A program made the translations under genes and the position numbers. The notes under the pieces are model-generated. The model was not told where the DNA came from. It was given only the letters and a program-made list of their open reading frames with translations, and searched no databases. A DNA stretch of 63,976 nt, the filler included, from Sanchytrium tribonematis (taxonomy: Eukaryota): NCBI GenBank assembly GCA_018985235.1. It is 8 parts of 8 records of this genome, joined end to end, with 100 filler letters (N's around TTAATTAATTAA, not from the genome) between each part and the next. Parts side by side here need not be neighbours in the genome. Positions count along the whole stretch, not along the records: positions 16,492 to 24,631 come from JADGIG010000391.1; positions 24,732 to 32,866 come from JADGIG010000392.1; 6 more parts are not named here. The stretch is one strand, 5' to 3'. Numbering within the stretch: the first letter of the stretch is position 1; each line of letters begins with the position of its first letter. Below, piece by piece: positions 20,605 to 31,838 of this stretch.

Positions 20605-23214
20605 TTACACATTGGCATCTCCAATTGGAAGCAATTCAATATCACCTTGTTCATTCTCAATGACTCTATTTGTTTCTGTTAATAAATGATGATTTAATAT
20701 GATTTCAGTGTATAAAAAACATCTCCAATAATCCATATCTTTATAAGTGAAATTTAAATATTCATGTAATTGGGTTATATCATGGATATCTTGATAATAA
20801 TGGAGTATATATCTAATAGTGACTAGTAGAAATACCCCACTATCACATTTCTCAAAGCATTTTGGTGAATTAATGATTTGAAATGTAGGATTTGAATTTG
20901 TTTTAAATTGGAAATAATTCACTAAATTGAGTTGAATGGATCTATAGAGTGAATGATGGGGATAATGAATTATTTGGTCATTTATTTGGGTATTTAATGG
21001 TAATAATGTGTATGCAGTGCTGTCAAAATAACAAATTGTATTTGATTTTGGAAAATAAATTGCCAATGACCAAAAATCATCAATTTGAATGGGAATCATG
21101 ATTAAATGAGAATGATTGAGTGAATTGGAGTTTAATGGAGTGTCTAATGATAAATTACTGAATGATCTTGTGGATGATTCACTTAAATTTGTATAAAATT
21201 GATTGGAATGAATCTTAATATTAATATTTTTACTGGTATATATTTTAGATTTGATGATTTTAAGAGAATAATCAATGCAATTTGAATCAAGTATTCGTAT
21301 TTCGGGTGGTCTTTGGAATTGAATATTGTCAACACACTCGTAAATAGTGAAATTTTCAATTTGCAACAAATCAAATTGAGTCATTTGCAATTGCAAATTC
21401 GAATCTGAGAAACAAATCAGTAGCTTATCTTTAAAAAATAGTTTAGATTCCATATGAGGCAATTTAATGGGTTCAATATCACTATAATTTGCTATGACTT
21501 CGATATTGACCAATTTGGCATAATTGTCAAATAAATTTGACTTTCCAATCACTCTGAAATCATCATATAAACTAAATTCATCAGTTGTAATAATCAAAAT
21601 TTTGGAAACATCGAGTTGATTTAAATTTAGACTTGAATTATTTTGAGCAAGTCTACGGAGCCTTGAATACGTTTCAAAATGACCTGGTACTGCTGAAATA
21701 ATTTTTCTGTCACTATAAAGCCATCTAGTCAAACCAGCTGCTGTCAAATTTCGTGTGCTTCGCAATGGTAATGGGGCTTCTGTCATATTGGCTGAAAAGT
21801 AGACATTTTGCAATTCTTGGCGACTATACGACATGAGACAAACGAATTTTAAAACGGATGCTGCTTGACGTCGCGTTGAAAAATAAAAAGTTACGTCCCA
21901 ATTTAAAAAAAGACTGACAGTTGTGATTATTTCTCTCCAGTTGAAATTATAGATCAAGTTCAGTTGATTTTGAGTTGATGCACTTATATACGAATTCGAT
22001 ATGTAAACAAAAAGAAAGGTGAAAAACGAAAAGCGAGTAAACGACTCAAACCTATCTTCTTTTGAACTAAAATACAAAGCCAGCTCCTCTAACTCGCTAG
22101 AATTCAAACATATATTACCTGATAATTGGTTTTGGAATTCAACAGAATTTATAGAAGCAATCATCATTGAGATTTGTGGTGAAATTAAAGGCGTTATTAA
22201 AGGCGCGTTGACTACTTTGGTGGAATTTAAATGTAAAAAACCCTCTAATACAATCGAGAATAAATCCGATCTCCATAAAATTAGACAAATTATGGGAACA
22301 ATCAAAAATATCAATAAAAAACCTAGTGCCATATAAACAGTTATTGCTAACCACATGAAAATTTCTGGAATCAGCTCTAGATTTACATTTGGAATAAATT
22401 TCTTTTTCAATATACATCTTTGAGATCTTGCAGTTCTTTCAAATTCAATCATATTTTCAGGTAAAATTTCACATAATTTAATCGGATTCATTTTTTTATT
22501 GATCCACCCCATTGTTCTTCCATTTTGCACTTGTTTTAATTGATTTACAAGATAGTCTGTTAAAACTTCTTGAGTCATAATCCATCCCACAATTGGATCC
22601 ATATTTGCAATACTAGTGGCATTTGTTATAAATTTGAGTAAATCTTGATAAAATTCATGATCGAATGCAATGGCTGTAATTACAGACTCATTTGGATTCT
22701 CTAAATTGCTAAAATGATTTGAAAATTGTGGTGAAACATCGTTTGAAAATATTAGTTTGGATTGTGTCACTAAACTTTGATGAATAGGAGTTGATTTTAA
22801 TACATGTTGCATTATTTCATGTCGTACTGCCTTGAATTTGATAGCCATACTACCTCTACCATATAAAAATGAATCAGAAGTATCTAAAAATGATACAATT
22901 GAAATTCCTAATGGAAATTTCTTTAATATATCCACAGTATTAGTTAAAAGAAATGACAGACTAGTCAAAAGCGCCAAAATAGCACTAAAAGAAACACTGG
23001 GATCTCCATTATAATCTATATTAAAGGTGTTTTTTAGCTGGCTTTGAAATGTTTGCCAGCTCAGCAGAAAATCAATAAAATATAATAGGGTGGTTCCAAT
23101 TTGTGCAGTCCCAATATGGGAGCTGCATTGACCCCGAAATATTGGTAATATATGAGTACCAATCACAGCCATCGTCAGAACACGTGATTGGTACAAGGGG
23201 TTCCCAAAACACAT
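20605..23214 (-). CDS. Membrane protein with C-terminal Ulp1/C48-like domain, catalytic residues substituted; start uncertain
   Basis: IMIPIQIDDFWSLAI..ICYFDS and CDSGVFL match the C48 pattern (HW, DS, DCG) except His and Cys; TM segments in the N-terminal half. Confidence 0.65.
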   Translation of the reverse strand: MCFGNPLYQSRVLTMAVIGTHILPIFRGQCSSHIGTAQIGTTLLYFIDFLLSWQTFQSQLKNTFNIDYNGDPSVSFSAILALLTSLSFLLTNTVDILKKFPLGISIVSFLDTSDSFLYGRGSMAIKFKAVRHEIMQHVLKSTPIHQSLVTQSKLIFSNDVSPQFSNHFSNLENPNESVITAIAFDHEFYQDLLKFITNATSIANMDPIVGWIMTQEVLTDYLVNQLKQVQNGRTMGWINKKMNPIKLCEILPENMIEFERTARSQRCILKKKFIPNVNLELIPEIFMWLAITVYMALGFLLIFLIVPIICLILWRSDLFSIVLEGFLHLNSTKVVNAPLITPLISPQISMMIASINSVEFQNQLSGNICLNSSELEELALYFSSKEDRFESFTRFSFFTFLFVYISNSYISASTQNQLNLIYNFNWREIITTVSLFLNWDVTFYFSTRRQAASVLKFVCLMSYSRQELQNVYFSANMTEAPLPLRSTRNLTAAGLTRWLYSDRKIISAVPGHFETYSRLRRLAQNNSSLNLNQLDVSKILIITTDEFSLYDDFRVIGKSNLFDNYAKLVNIEVIANYSDIEPIKLPHMESKLFFKDKLLICFSDSNLQLQMTQFDLLQIENFTIYECVDNIQFQRPPEIRILDSNCIDYSLKIIKSKIYTSKNINIKIHSNQFYTNLSESSTRSFSNLSLDTPLNSNSLNHSHLIMIPIQIDDFWSLAIYFPKSNTICYFDSTAYTLLPLNTQINDQIIHYPHHSLYRSIQLNLVNYFQFKTNSNPTFQIINSPKCFEKCDSGVFLLVTIRYILHYYQDIHDITQLHEYLNFTYKDMDYWRCFLYTEIILNHHLLTETNRVIENEQGDIELLPIGDANV

Positions 23215-23271
23215 AAATACCGGCTCTCCCCCAAATAAATATCATCTTACACTTTAACATGGTAGCGAGCG
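23100..23271 (+). mobile_element. Probable 3' part of a 5' LTR plus primer-binding site (left boundary not resolved)
   Basis: Inverted CCAAT pair, CATAAATA, AATAAA, terminus ..TTTAACA (23259) directly followed by TGGTAGCG, complementary to a fungal initiator tRNA-Met 3' end. Confidence 0.55.
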
Positions 23272-24631
23272 AACAAAACAATCAACCAACAAACCAGGAA
23301 CAACAAATTGAATCTCCGATTCAACAAACACCTCATGGAACGAGAGGAGTATTGACATCTCAACCACCAACTCCAACCCCGCAGCACACTGTGGAAGAAC
23401 AACCAACATCAATGACCAACATGATCGAAGAATCCGAGGAAGAAAATTTACCGGAACTGAAATCCACCAAAGTGGATGTAGATCATTTTGATCCACATAA
23501 GGATGACGTGGATGATTGGTTGGACATGATGGAAGAATTTGGTTACGATTTAAAATGGAGTCCAACACGACTTTACAGAGAGACCAAATTACGATTGTCA
23601 TCAGGAGTTTTAAAGAAAGTCAAAAATGCTGAACGAAATTATGACAGCCTAAAAGCAGAATTATTGCTTGAATTTCGTGCACCTCGTAACGATTTGAAAT
23701 ACACAGCCGATTTCTTTTCAATGAAGCAGCGATTTAACCAATCAATTCGAAAATACAATCAAGCATTGATTGAAAAATACAAGAAATGTCACTTTGAAGA
23801 GGAGTACACTACTTCAAAGCTATTTATGCGAAAATTTTGTTCTTCGTTGAATTCAACACAAGTACGACAACAATTGCAGACAGAATACGCTCGACGACGA
23901 ATTCAAACTCATAGAGAAGCGTATGAGCTAGCAATTAATTTGGAAGCTGAATTAGGAAATCAAGACTCATTTGATCGAGAAAAAGGAAGACGTACATTCT
24001 CCAAGCCTAAGCCGAAATTTTCAAACTTTCCAAGCAAGTTTAAGAAATATGACCGATATAAGTCTGATCAACAGTTTCATGAACAAGAAAAGAAGCCTTA
24101 TTACAAAGGTAAATCTGCAAAAGGAAAACGACCTTTTAAAGGAAAATCTGGATTGAATCAAATAAACCAGGATGAATCCTACTCAAACATTCCTTCTTGT
24201 AAAGTCTTGGGTCGCATCTTCAATGACCTACATGAAATTTTAATTGATACTGGAGCTACACATAGTTTTATTGATCAAAGTCTAGTGAATAACTTGGGAC
24301 TAGCAATCAAACGATCTAGATTATCTAGCACTATATTAGCTGATAGAAGCACGCTAGATATATTAGGATTAGTTAGCATTCCAGTACAGTTTAGCAGCAC
24401 ACCTCACATATATTGCTTCAGGGTAGTGCCACAACTTGCTTGTGGAATTATCATTGGAAGAGATATGATGAAGGAACACAGTATCTCAGTGGACATGGCA
24501 CGTGCGATGGTATGGATAAAATCAACACCATTTAGGATGAAGAGATCCGCACAAGAAACTGCAATCCACACAAGCCTTCTGTTATATGCTACAGAGACAA
24601 ACCATCGAAAACCAGATTTTCGATATCAATG
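23259..24631 (+). mobile_element. Ty3/gypsy-like LTR retrotransposon gag + aspartic protease, cut by the contig end
   Basis: Capsid-like FDP..DVDDWL and MKQ..SIRKY motifs, basic NC-like region, retropepsin ILIDTGATHSFI..IIGRD; real start may be ATG 23412. Confidence 0.88.
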
Positions 24632-24731
24632 NNNNNNNNNNNNNNNNNNNNNNNNNNNNNNNNNNNNNNNNNNNNTTAATTAATTAANNNNNNNNNNNNN
24701 NNNNNNNNNNNNNNNNNNNNNNNNNNNNNNN
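24632..24731. other. Artificial contig linker
   Basis: N44-TTAATTAATTAA-N44. Confidence 0.98.
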
Positions 24732-25879
24732 TTATGGTGTTGTGAGTTGCATGAGTCAGAATGTCACAAAGATCGAATTTTATAAAGGATATTTTAATTT
24801 GAACACGGTAGATGGATATGCTTTTAAAACAGAATATATTCCCCCTAGCTTGGAATCTTTGATTATTTACAGTGAATATAATCAATCTGCTAAAATTCCT
24901 GCTTTACCTGGTAATGCTAAATATTTTGAGCTGGGATACACAAGAATTAATGGAGATTTGCCAATATTTGAAGAAGGATTAGAAACCCTAAAATTGACAA
25001 ATTTGAAGATTGATGGGAGCTTGCCACCATTGCCAAGCACCTTAAAAACACTCATTGTCATTTATTGCGGACTAAAAGGTGTTTTACCACCATTGCCACC
25101 CAATTTGACAGAATTGCAAATTCAAGGCAATTATTTCATTGGCCCATTACCAACATTCCCTGACTCATTACAGACAATTGTATTGGGTGACAATGTACGA
25201 GAAGGTAATACTTTTAATGATAAATTATTTGTAAATCATCCTAAAACATTGATTTTAGGAAATACAAATATTTCAAGCATTGAAATCAAAAATACCACAC
25301 TTTTAACAAATTGTGATGTTTCTTATAATCCATTACTGAATAGTACATTTATTGGTAATTATACCATGTGCAAAAAGTATTATTTGACCCCAAAACCATT
25401 GCAATTGCAAATTGTTTTATCGAGTAGTTTGATTTCTACGACTATTTCAACTAGTTTTACAAGAGAAACAAGTGTGGAATCTACTGCAATAGTTGTGACA
25501 AGTAGTAAATCAGCAGATTCTACAGTCTCTGTACCAACAAACACAGCAGAATGGTCAGTTTTCAGCTCAGAATTGCAAAACGGTGCCCCATCCAGTAATT
25601 CGTATTTATTTAGTCATTACACGCATTCCATTTAAAAGAACCACATTGCTTTCATTCAATGAAACTACTGATAACTCATTTGCAACAAGCAGTATATTCA
25701 CGTTGGCGAATGTCGCAGGGACCACATCGACAAAATTTGGATTGCGCCCATTTCAATTGAACTGGACATGGCAGATGATTGTCAAATTAGCTGTGGATGG
25801 CTTATTTATTATGACATTATTTGCAAATCGGTTGGGGAGACAAAAGAAGAAAAAATTGAATCGTGTGTCCGCATATTAA
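24732..25879 (+). CDS. LRR surface protein, 5'-partial; exons ..25594 and 25614-25879; paralog of 13759-15322
   Basis: LPPLPxxLxxL repeats, CDVSYNPLL cap, Ser/Thr stalk, TM + basic tail after splicing. Confidence 0.82.
25595..25613 (+). other. 19-nt spliceosomal intron
   Basis: gtaattcgtatttatttag, phase 1; joins APS-I-ITRIPFK in frame. Confidence 0.8.
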
Positions 25880-25897
25880 ATAAAACTGAATGTATAT

Positions 25898-26383
25898 TTA
25901 TTCGGCTTTTGGTGCTCTAGGCGTATCACTGTTTAATCTCCAAAATTCAAAGTTTAAAACAGTTGCAAATGAAATCCATGCCATATATGGAACCATCAAC
26001 CAAGCAGCAGTCTCATCAATTTGTGCAAATGCATTAATTGTATAAGCTACTGCCACATCTAATGCAATAATATCCACTAATGCTGTTCCCAATAAGTGTT
26101 TGCCAAAAAAGAGAGGAGACCAAAGCAAATTCAATGCCATTTGAGTTCCATAAAACAACAGCGCATCATCTCTCAAGTAATGCACGGAATTGTAGATTCT
26201 TAATGAGGAATAACCCATCATCAAGTATAATGCGCTCCAAACAGGTCCAAATACTTTGTTACTTGGTTTAAAACTAGGTGCATTTAATGTAGCATACCAG
26301 TTATCAACGTGTTTGTGAGTGGCTAATCCGGATAATGATCCGAATAAAAGTGGACTGAGTGTGATGGCTGCTTGCGTAAACAT
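25898..26383 (-). CDS. TSPO: TspO/MBR translocator protein
   Basis: WYATLNAPSFKP..FGPVWSALY..QMALNLLWSPLFFG..LMVPYMAWISFATVLN. Confidence 0.93.
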   Translation of the reverse strand: MFTQAAITLSPLLFGSLSGLATHKHVDNWYATLNAPSFKPSNKVFGPVWSALYLMMGYSSLRIYNSVHYLRDDALLFYGTQMALNLLWSPLFFGKHLLGTALVDIIALDVAVAYTINAFAQIDETAAWLMVPYMAWISFATVLNFEFWRLNSDTPRAPKAE

Positions 26384-27673
26384 TTTGATGCAAATTGGGG
26401 CAAGTCATTTTCATTTTGATGCTTTGGCACGTGGCTTGGGGTTGGCTAAACGTGGCACATTTTGCATTTTTAAAATGGTCTAAATATAAATCACAGCATG
26501 GCACATTTATTAAAATGCATTTTCACAATTGCCGTTGCTTGTGTCATTTTGTGTGATAATTTGCCATTTCATAGATTCCATGTGGATCTCCTTGCTCTTT
26601 AGATTGCATTTTAAAAAGACACACATCCCATTTGATCATGTCTTCTCAAATACTCACAAATTACAAATCAATAGAAACTGAGAGTGTTTTTGGGAATTGG
26701 TGTCTCTGTGGATTGGAAATTAAACATGGATATTCCATATACTGTAGTGAAGCTTGTTTAGTGAATGATTTATAAATAATAAATACAAATATATCTAATA
26801 ATTGGCAAATATATTTGTAACTTTTGTATCTTTCGCCGAATAAAAGTCGCGACTCGTTTTGCAACTTGGAATTGTAACAAAAAACAATTCACATTTGCCT
26901 ATGTCGTCATAATTCGTGTGACTGCAAAATACATGGTCGTGACTCATCTATTTAATGATCCAGTATTCTATTCAGCTATATGGATAATTGGGTTTTGTCA
27001 GGTTGTTTGGTGAATCTCATATGTGCTAAAGAATGGATCAGTTTCCGATGTGACATAAAAGTCGATCTAATTGAGATATTACCCTGATCTATGGCGCAAT
27101 GAATACTCTAGATCAATTCTGATTGGCCGCACAGATCAATTTTATAGAAACGTGTGTATGGGCCTCACTCCGTGTCTTTTAGATTCGATTTAAAAAGGAG
27201 CAACGACCCCACACTCTAGAAAATGATCCAATTAGAGATGAGAAGTAATACCAAAATAGAGTCTGAATTTATATTTGGAAATTGGTGCTTATGTGGCAAG
27301 AAAGTTGCAAATGGGATTTATTGTAGTAGAGATTGTCTTATAGAAGAATTGAAATCAGCACATCAGAATAAATAGAATTAATCATTTGTTGAATGCGATG
27401 TTGAATTGCTTGCAGGGCTTGGGTGTTTTGAGTAATTGAGTAAGATCATTTACATAGACATTTTAGTTGCAAATCAGCTAATCTTTAATAGGATGCTTTG
27501 GTGCGACGTACAGTTAATTCACGCAATTGTGGCATTCCCTACTATGGTTGTTAAATTCCATCAAGCACAAAGTGGCTTTGTAATATCCTCTCATTGGTAA
27601 ATTATGAAAAATCAATTTTTACCCAATCAAGTCACAAATTGACATTTTAAAACCACTGGTGAATAGTTTTTGA

Positions 27674-28969
27674 ATGCAAGTGATTGACATCATTACGTTG
27701 ATCATCATACCTGCTATTATTTTATTAGTAATCGGATGTAGTATTATGCAATGTCTTCAAAAAAGGAGAAAACAAATTGATTTGGAAAAATATCAAGTCA
27801 AATTGGATAGAAATGAGTCTAATAATGGTCGAAGATCATTTATGGGTAAATTAAATCGATCTATCAGTTTAAAGAAGAATCAAAGATCCTCTCCATCGAA
27901 TTTGCCTCAACCTCCAAAATTACATGGAAATACACTTTCTCATCATGTTATCAACACACCAGGGTATAAACAACCTAATCCTAATGCATCCCCTGCCAAA
28001 TCAACTCTCAAAAAACCCAAAAATTTACAACAAATCCCAGAAATACCCAAAATTCCAGATATGCAAGATGTGCCAGTTACGCCTCCATTAAACACTAAAA
28101 AGAGGAAAACAGACATGAATCCAAAGCATAAATCCAAACATGATATACGGCATAAACCCAGAAATGAATCCATGCATCCCAGAAACAAACCCCCTGCAGA
28201 AACATTACAATCATCAAATCCACCAACCCCTCCATCTTTACCAGATACTCCCAAATATGAAGCCAAGATTAGTGAGTCTCCTCGTAAAGAGAAGTCTAAT
28301 CATTCTCGCAAATCTTCAAAAGAAAGTATTTCTAATCATTCTCGCAAATCTTCCAAAGAAAGCATCCACAAATCAAATGAACCCAATTCAATCACCAAAC
28401 ATTTTAAAGATAGTCAAATAGCCAAGAAATTAGCATCCAAAATCATTTCCAAAGATTCTCTCCCCTCTTTTCTATTTAAAAAAGATTCTTTACCAGCCCC
28501 TCCAAATATCCCAAGTATGAACAGAAAAGGCAGTGCACCTTGTCTTTCTATTCGTAAAAATAGTAATACATTCACCGCATTAGATTTATTACCCCATAGA
28601 TCTTTCAGAACATCCATTTCAGAAGTCCCTCAAATAGAATTATTCACAAAACAACCCAAGAATTCCAGAGTTCAATCATTTTATTTCCAAGATGCCCCAA
28701 ATGTCACTAAAAAAGCATCCCGAGTCCATTTAAAACAAGAAATCACACCTGAAATCAATTATCAATTAAATATTGCTCCTAAATTACCCAACAAAGATTA
28801 CGGAATGGAAATTAAACAGCAATTGCCTAGTACGACTACTCACGATGTCATGCTTGCGAATTCTTACAATCAAACTAGATTGCCACAAATTGGAGATGAT
28901 ATTTATGATATTGAAGATGATGATTTTGTGAATAGCGCATTAAGTAGTTTAGAATCTATGAAATTGTAA
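27674..28969 (+). CDS. Single N-terminal TM protein with long Pro/Ser/Lys-rich disordered tail
   Basis: 431-aa ORF; TM at residues ~5-27 followed by a basic stop-transfer. Confidence 0.75.
   Translation: MQVIDIITLIIIPAIILLVIGCSIMQCLQKRRKQIDLEKYQVKLDRNESNNGRRSFMGKLNRSISLKKNQRSSPSNLPQPPKLHGNTLSHHVINTPGYKQPNPNASPAKSTLKKPKNLQQIPEIPKIPDMQDVPVTPPLNTKKRKTDMNPKHKSKHDIRHKPRNESMHPRNKPPAETLQSSNPPTPPSLPDTPKYEAKISESPRKEKSNHSRKSSKESISNHSRKSSKESIHKSNEPNSITKHFKDSQIAKKLASKIISKDSLPSFLFKKDSLPAPPNIPSMNRKGSAPCLSIRKNSNTFTALDLLPHRSFRTSISEVPQIELFTKQPKNSRVQSFYFQDAPNVTKKASRVHLKQEITPEINYQLNIAPKLPNKDYGMEIKQQLPSTTTHDVMLANSYNQTRLPQIGDDIYDIEDDDFVNSALSSLESMKL
28295..28366 (+). repeat. 36-bp tandem duplication (SNHSRKSSKESI x2)
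   Basis: tctaatcattctcgcaaatcttc.. at 28295 and 28331. Confidence 0.9.
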
Positions 28970-29046
28970 TAAATTAATTCGTGCTTGCAAATTTAATCAT
29001 TGGGTGAAAAGAATGAAATGGCAAGTAAATATTTGATTGCTCCGAG

Positions 29047-29057
29047 TCTGTGATTGG
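29047..29057 (+). promoter_or_regulatory. TCTGTGATTGG (inverted CCAAT box); also at 29758, 30443, 31021, 31788, 32424, 32808
   Basis: Exact 11-mer once upstream of each gene of the array. Confidence 0.8.
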
Positions 29058-29107
29058 GACAAGATTGTATATCAAGTTTAATAGACGCGAGTCACTCTCT
29101 TTTAGAA

Positions 29108-29545
29108 ATGAGTCTACAGCTATCAGCATCATGTAAACTTGCATATACGGCATATACAGAATGTTACAAAAAAACGAATCCTATGAAAATGAGTACTAAA
29201 AATCCAGGAATACCCGCAAATTGTGAGTCTTGCAAAGATTTGTCAGACAAGATCTTAAGTTCATGTAATGAGGATGACTTGCAGACAACAGGAATCTGGG
29301 TAGCTGCTGCACAATGTCATCAAGAAGAGGGTAAATGGTGCATGTCATCACAACAAATGATGATAGATGTGAGTGGATGTCCTGATAAATGTGCGCAATT
29401 TATGGCAAAAATGAATCCTGCTATCAATAATCCAGAATGTGCTGCAAAATACAAACCAAGTTCTGGTTCAGATGGAAACACAAATTCATCTGGCAGTAGT
29501 ACTAGATTTACAGTGTTGACACTGTCTACTTTGTTGCTATTTTAA
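29108..29545 (+). CDS. Cys-rich protein with GPI-signal-like C-terminus (array member 1)
   Basis: C-x9-C, CxxC, C..CH.E.G..C, C.DKC pattern; Ser/Gly spacer + FTVLTLSTLLLF. Confidence 0.8.
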   Translation: MSLQLSASCKLAYTAYTECYKKTNPMKMSTKNPGIPANCESCKDLSDKILSSCNEDDLQTTGIWVAAAQCHQEEGKWCMSSQQMMIDVSGCPDKCAQFMAKMNPAINNPECAAKYKPSSGSDGNTNSSGSSTRFTVLTLSTLLLF

Positions 29546-29826
29546 ATTAAATAAATCGGATCTTTTTGCATCCAGCTTGCAGTTGACCAATTATTTATAA
29601 TTTTAAATACATATGAAAACAAATGCTACACTCTATATTGTCTATCTTATGGTGGTTCAAAAAAATCTAAAAGATCTTTTCTATTCGAAGTGACTTCAAA
29701 TCATTTTTATCCAAGCAGCGTGATTGCAATATAAATTCACGTTGTTTCGCATCTGTTTCTGTGATTGGGCTAATTGATATGAATTTAAATGACAAAAAGG
29801 ACACCGTGGTAGCAATCACATTCCAA

Positions 29827-30285
29827 ATGAATACCACATTATCAGTCACTTGTGAGAATGCATTTATGACTGCAAATAATTGCATCAACAAGCCTGAAAA
29901 TGCATTGGATATTTGCAACAAATGTGGGGATTTGACCGAATCATTATTTCCACAATGTAATGAATTAGATTTCAAGAATATGACATTATCAAATATTGCA
30001 ATGAAATGCCATGTTGAAAATGGACAAATATGTGCAAAATCAAAAGAGATATTGAATATTGTGGATTGTGCAGATGTGTGCACACAATTCTATGCTACAA
30101 TGGAATTGGTATCCACTAGTGAGGATGAGTTGAAGCAAATGGATTCCAAATTATTGCAGAATATTCAAAAATGTGCAGAGAATTACCCAAATGATTTACA
30201 AATTGGACGAAATGCAGGATCATTATCATCATTTGCAACTGCTTCATTTTCATTATTGACAGTATCTGCATCTCTCTTGTTGTGA
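29827..30285 (+). CDS. Cys-rich GPI-like protein (array member 2)
   Basis: Same Cys scaffold; ends FSLLTVSASLLL. Confidence 0.8.
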   Translation: MNTTLSVTCENAFMTANNCINKPENALDICNKCGDLTESLFPQCNELDFKNMTLSNIAMKCHVENGQICAKSKEILNIVDCADVCTQFYATMELVSTSEDELKQMDSKLLQNIQKCAENYPNDLQIGRNAGSLSSFATASFSLLTVSASLLL

Positions 30286-30506
30286 GTTAATAAACATACG
30301 AGTTTATTTCATTGCACTGTTTCATGCTCCATCATACAAATCATGCATGTTTTTCAGTCATTGTGTGCGCCTGATAATATATCACAAATATAAATACACC
30401 AATTAAATATCCAAATAAGATATCACGCAGATAATTTCAGAATCTGTGATTGGCTTTTTGAAATAACTTTTAATTTAAATAGAACATCCCCTGCATTATT
30501 TCAAAA

Positions 30507-30983
30507 ATGAGTGCAACAAACTTCACAACATTATCAGGAACATGCCAAACTGGATTATTTGCAGCCCAAGATTGCTTTAATAATCCTGAAAATGCATTTG
30601 ATTTATGCAAACAATGTGGGGATGTGTCAGAAGCATTATTTCAAATATGCAGTCACAACGATTTCCAAAATAGCACTGTCCCGTCATCATATGCTGACAA
30701 ATGTCATAAGGAAGATGGCAAACTCTGCTTACCAGGTCAAAATTCAACCATCAACATCCAAAAATGTTCAGACACCTGCTCTCAATATTTTGCAACAATG
30801 CAATTAGAGACAAAAGACTCTAGTTTCTGGGACAATGGAGATTCTAAAATCTATCAAAACGTCAAGGATTGTGCTGCCAAATATCCAAATGATTTACAAA
30901 TTGGTAAAAATGCGGCATCTGCTTCTTCAATGATGGCAGTGTCTTTTGCAGTAGTCACAGCATCTACCTTTCTATTTACTTAA
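30507..30983 (+). CDS. Cys-rich GPI-like protein (array member 3)
   Basis: Close paralog of member 2 (PENAxDxC, YPNDLQIG). Confidence 0.8.
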   Translation: MSATNFTTLSGTCQTGLFAAQDCFNNPENAFDLCKQCGDVSEALFQICSHNDFQNSTVPSSYADKCHKEDGKLCLPGQNSTINIQKCSDTCSQYFATMQLETKDSSFWDNGDSKIYQNVKDCAAKYPNDLQIGKNAASASSMMAVSFAVVTASTFLFT

Positions 30984-31071
30984 TAAATTTATTAGGCAAG
31001 CTTGATCATTTTGCAAAAGTTCTGTGATTGGGTTGTTAATGTAGAAATACAAACACATCCAATTTCTAAAA

Positions 31072-31455
31072 ATGACATCTGCGATGACACCTAAATGTGA
31101 TGTTGCCTATACTGCATTAAAGAAATGTCAGGACCAATTTCTTGTTGTTGCGCCAATGCCATTATGTAAAGCGTGTGGCAAAAAAGCACCGTCTGTGATT
31201 GAAAATTGCGCAGGAGTCGAATTGACAGATAAGTCCATTTGGAAAACAGCAAAGATGTGTACTAGTGGTGAGTTTAGTACTAACAACCAGGATAAAAATG
31301 GGAATTCGACAAACAGTACTGGCAATGGCACCAATAGCACAGATAGTACGAATAGCACTGACAGTACGAATAGCACCAATTCAACAGCACAAGCATCTTC
31401 ATCTAGTTCATCTACATTCTCTGTATTGACAATCACCACATTGCTTTTATTTTGA
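31072..31455 (+). CDS. Cys-rich GPI-like protein (array member 4; short form with NST-repeat stalk)
   Basis: 6 Cys, (NSTDST)n sequons, FSVLTITTLLLF tail. Confidence 0.8.
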   Translation: MTSAMTPKCDVAYTALKKCQDQFLVVAPMPLCKACGKKAPSVIENCAGVELTDKSIWKTAKMCTSGEFSTNNQDKNGNSTNSTGNGTNSTDSTNSTDSTNSTNSTAQASSSSSSTFSVLTITTLLLF

Positions 31456-31838
31456 TCAATAAATTTTGCATTGTAATCAAGTTTCAAAAAAATAGCTGAC
31501 TCGGTTTGAAACACTCAAATTGAAGAAACCATGACATTATTTTATTTATTAATATTAATTTGAGGTAGTGTGAATCTAAAATTGACACTGTAATTATCAA
31601 ATCATTGGGAGCATCATCAAAATGCCCAAACTTTTGTCTACTCATAGACTATTATTTGTCCATAATCAATTCCCTGTATTTCCTATCACTATTCTACCAC
31701 TATATTAAGCAATAAATGAGTACAAACTACTGTTAAACAGAGACGGTATTCGATTTCAAACTGTTTATCTCTCTTTGCTTGCTGTGTTCTGTGATTGGTG
31801 CTTGAAAATATAAATAATATTCGGGGTCCTTTAACCAA

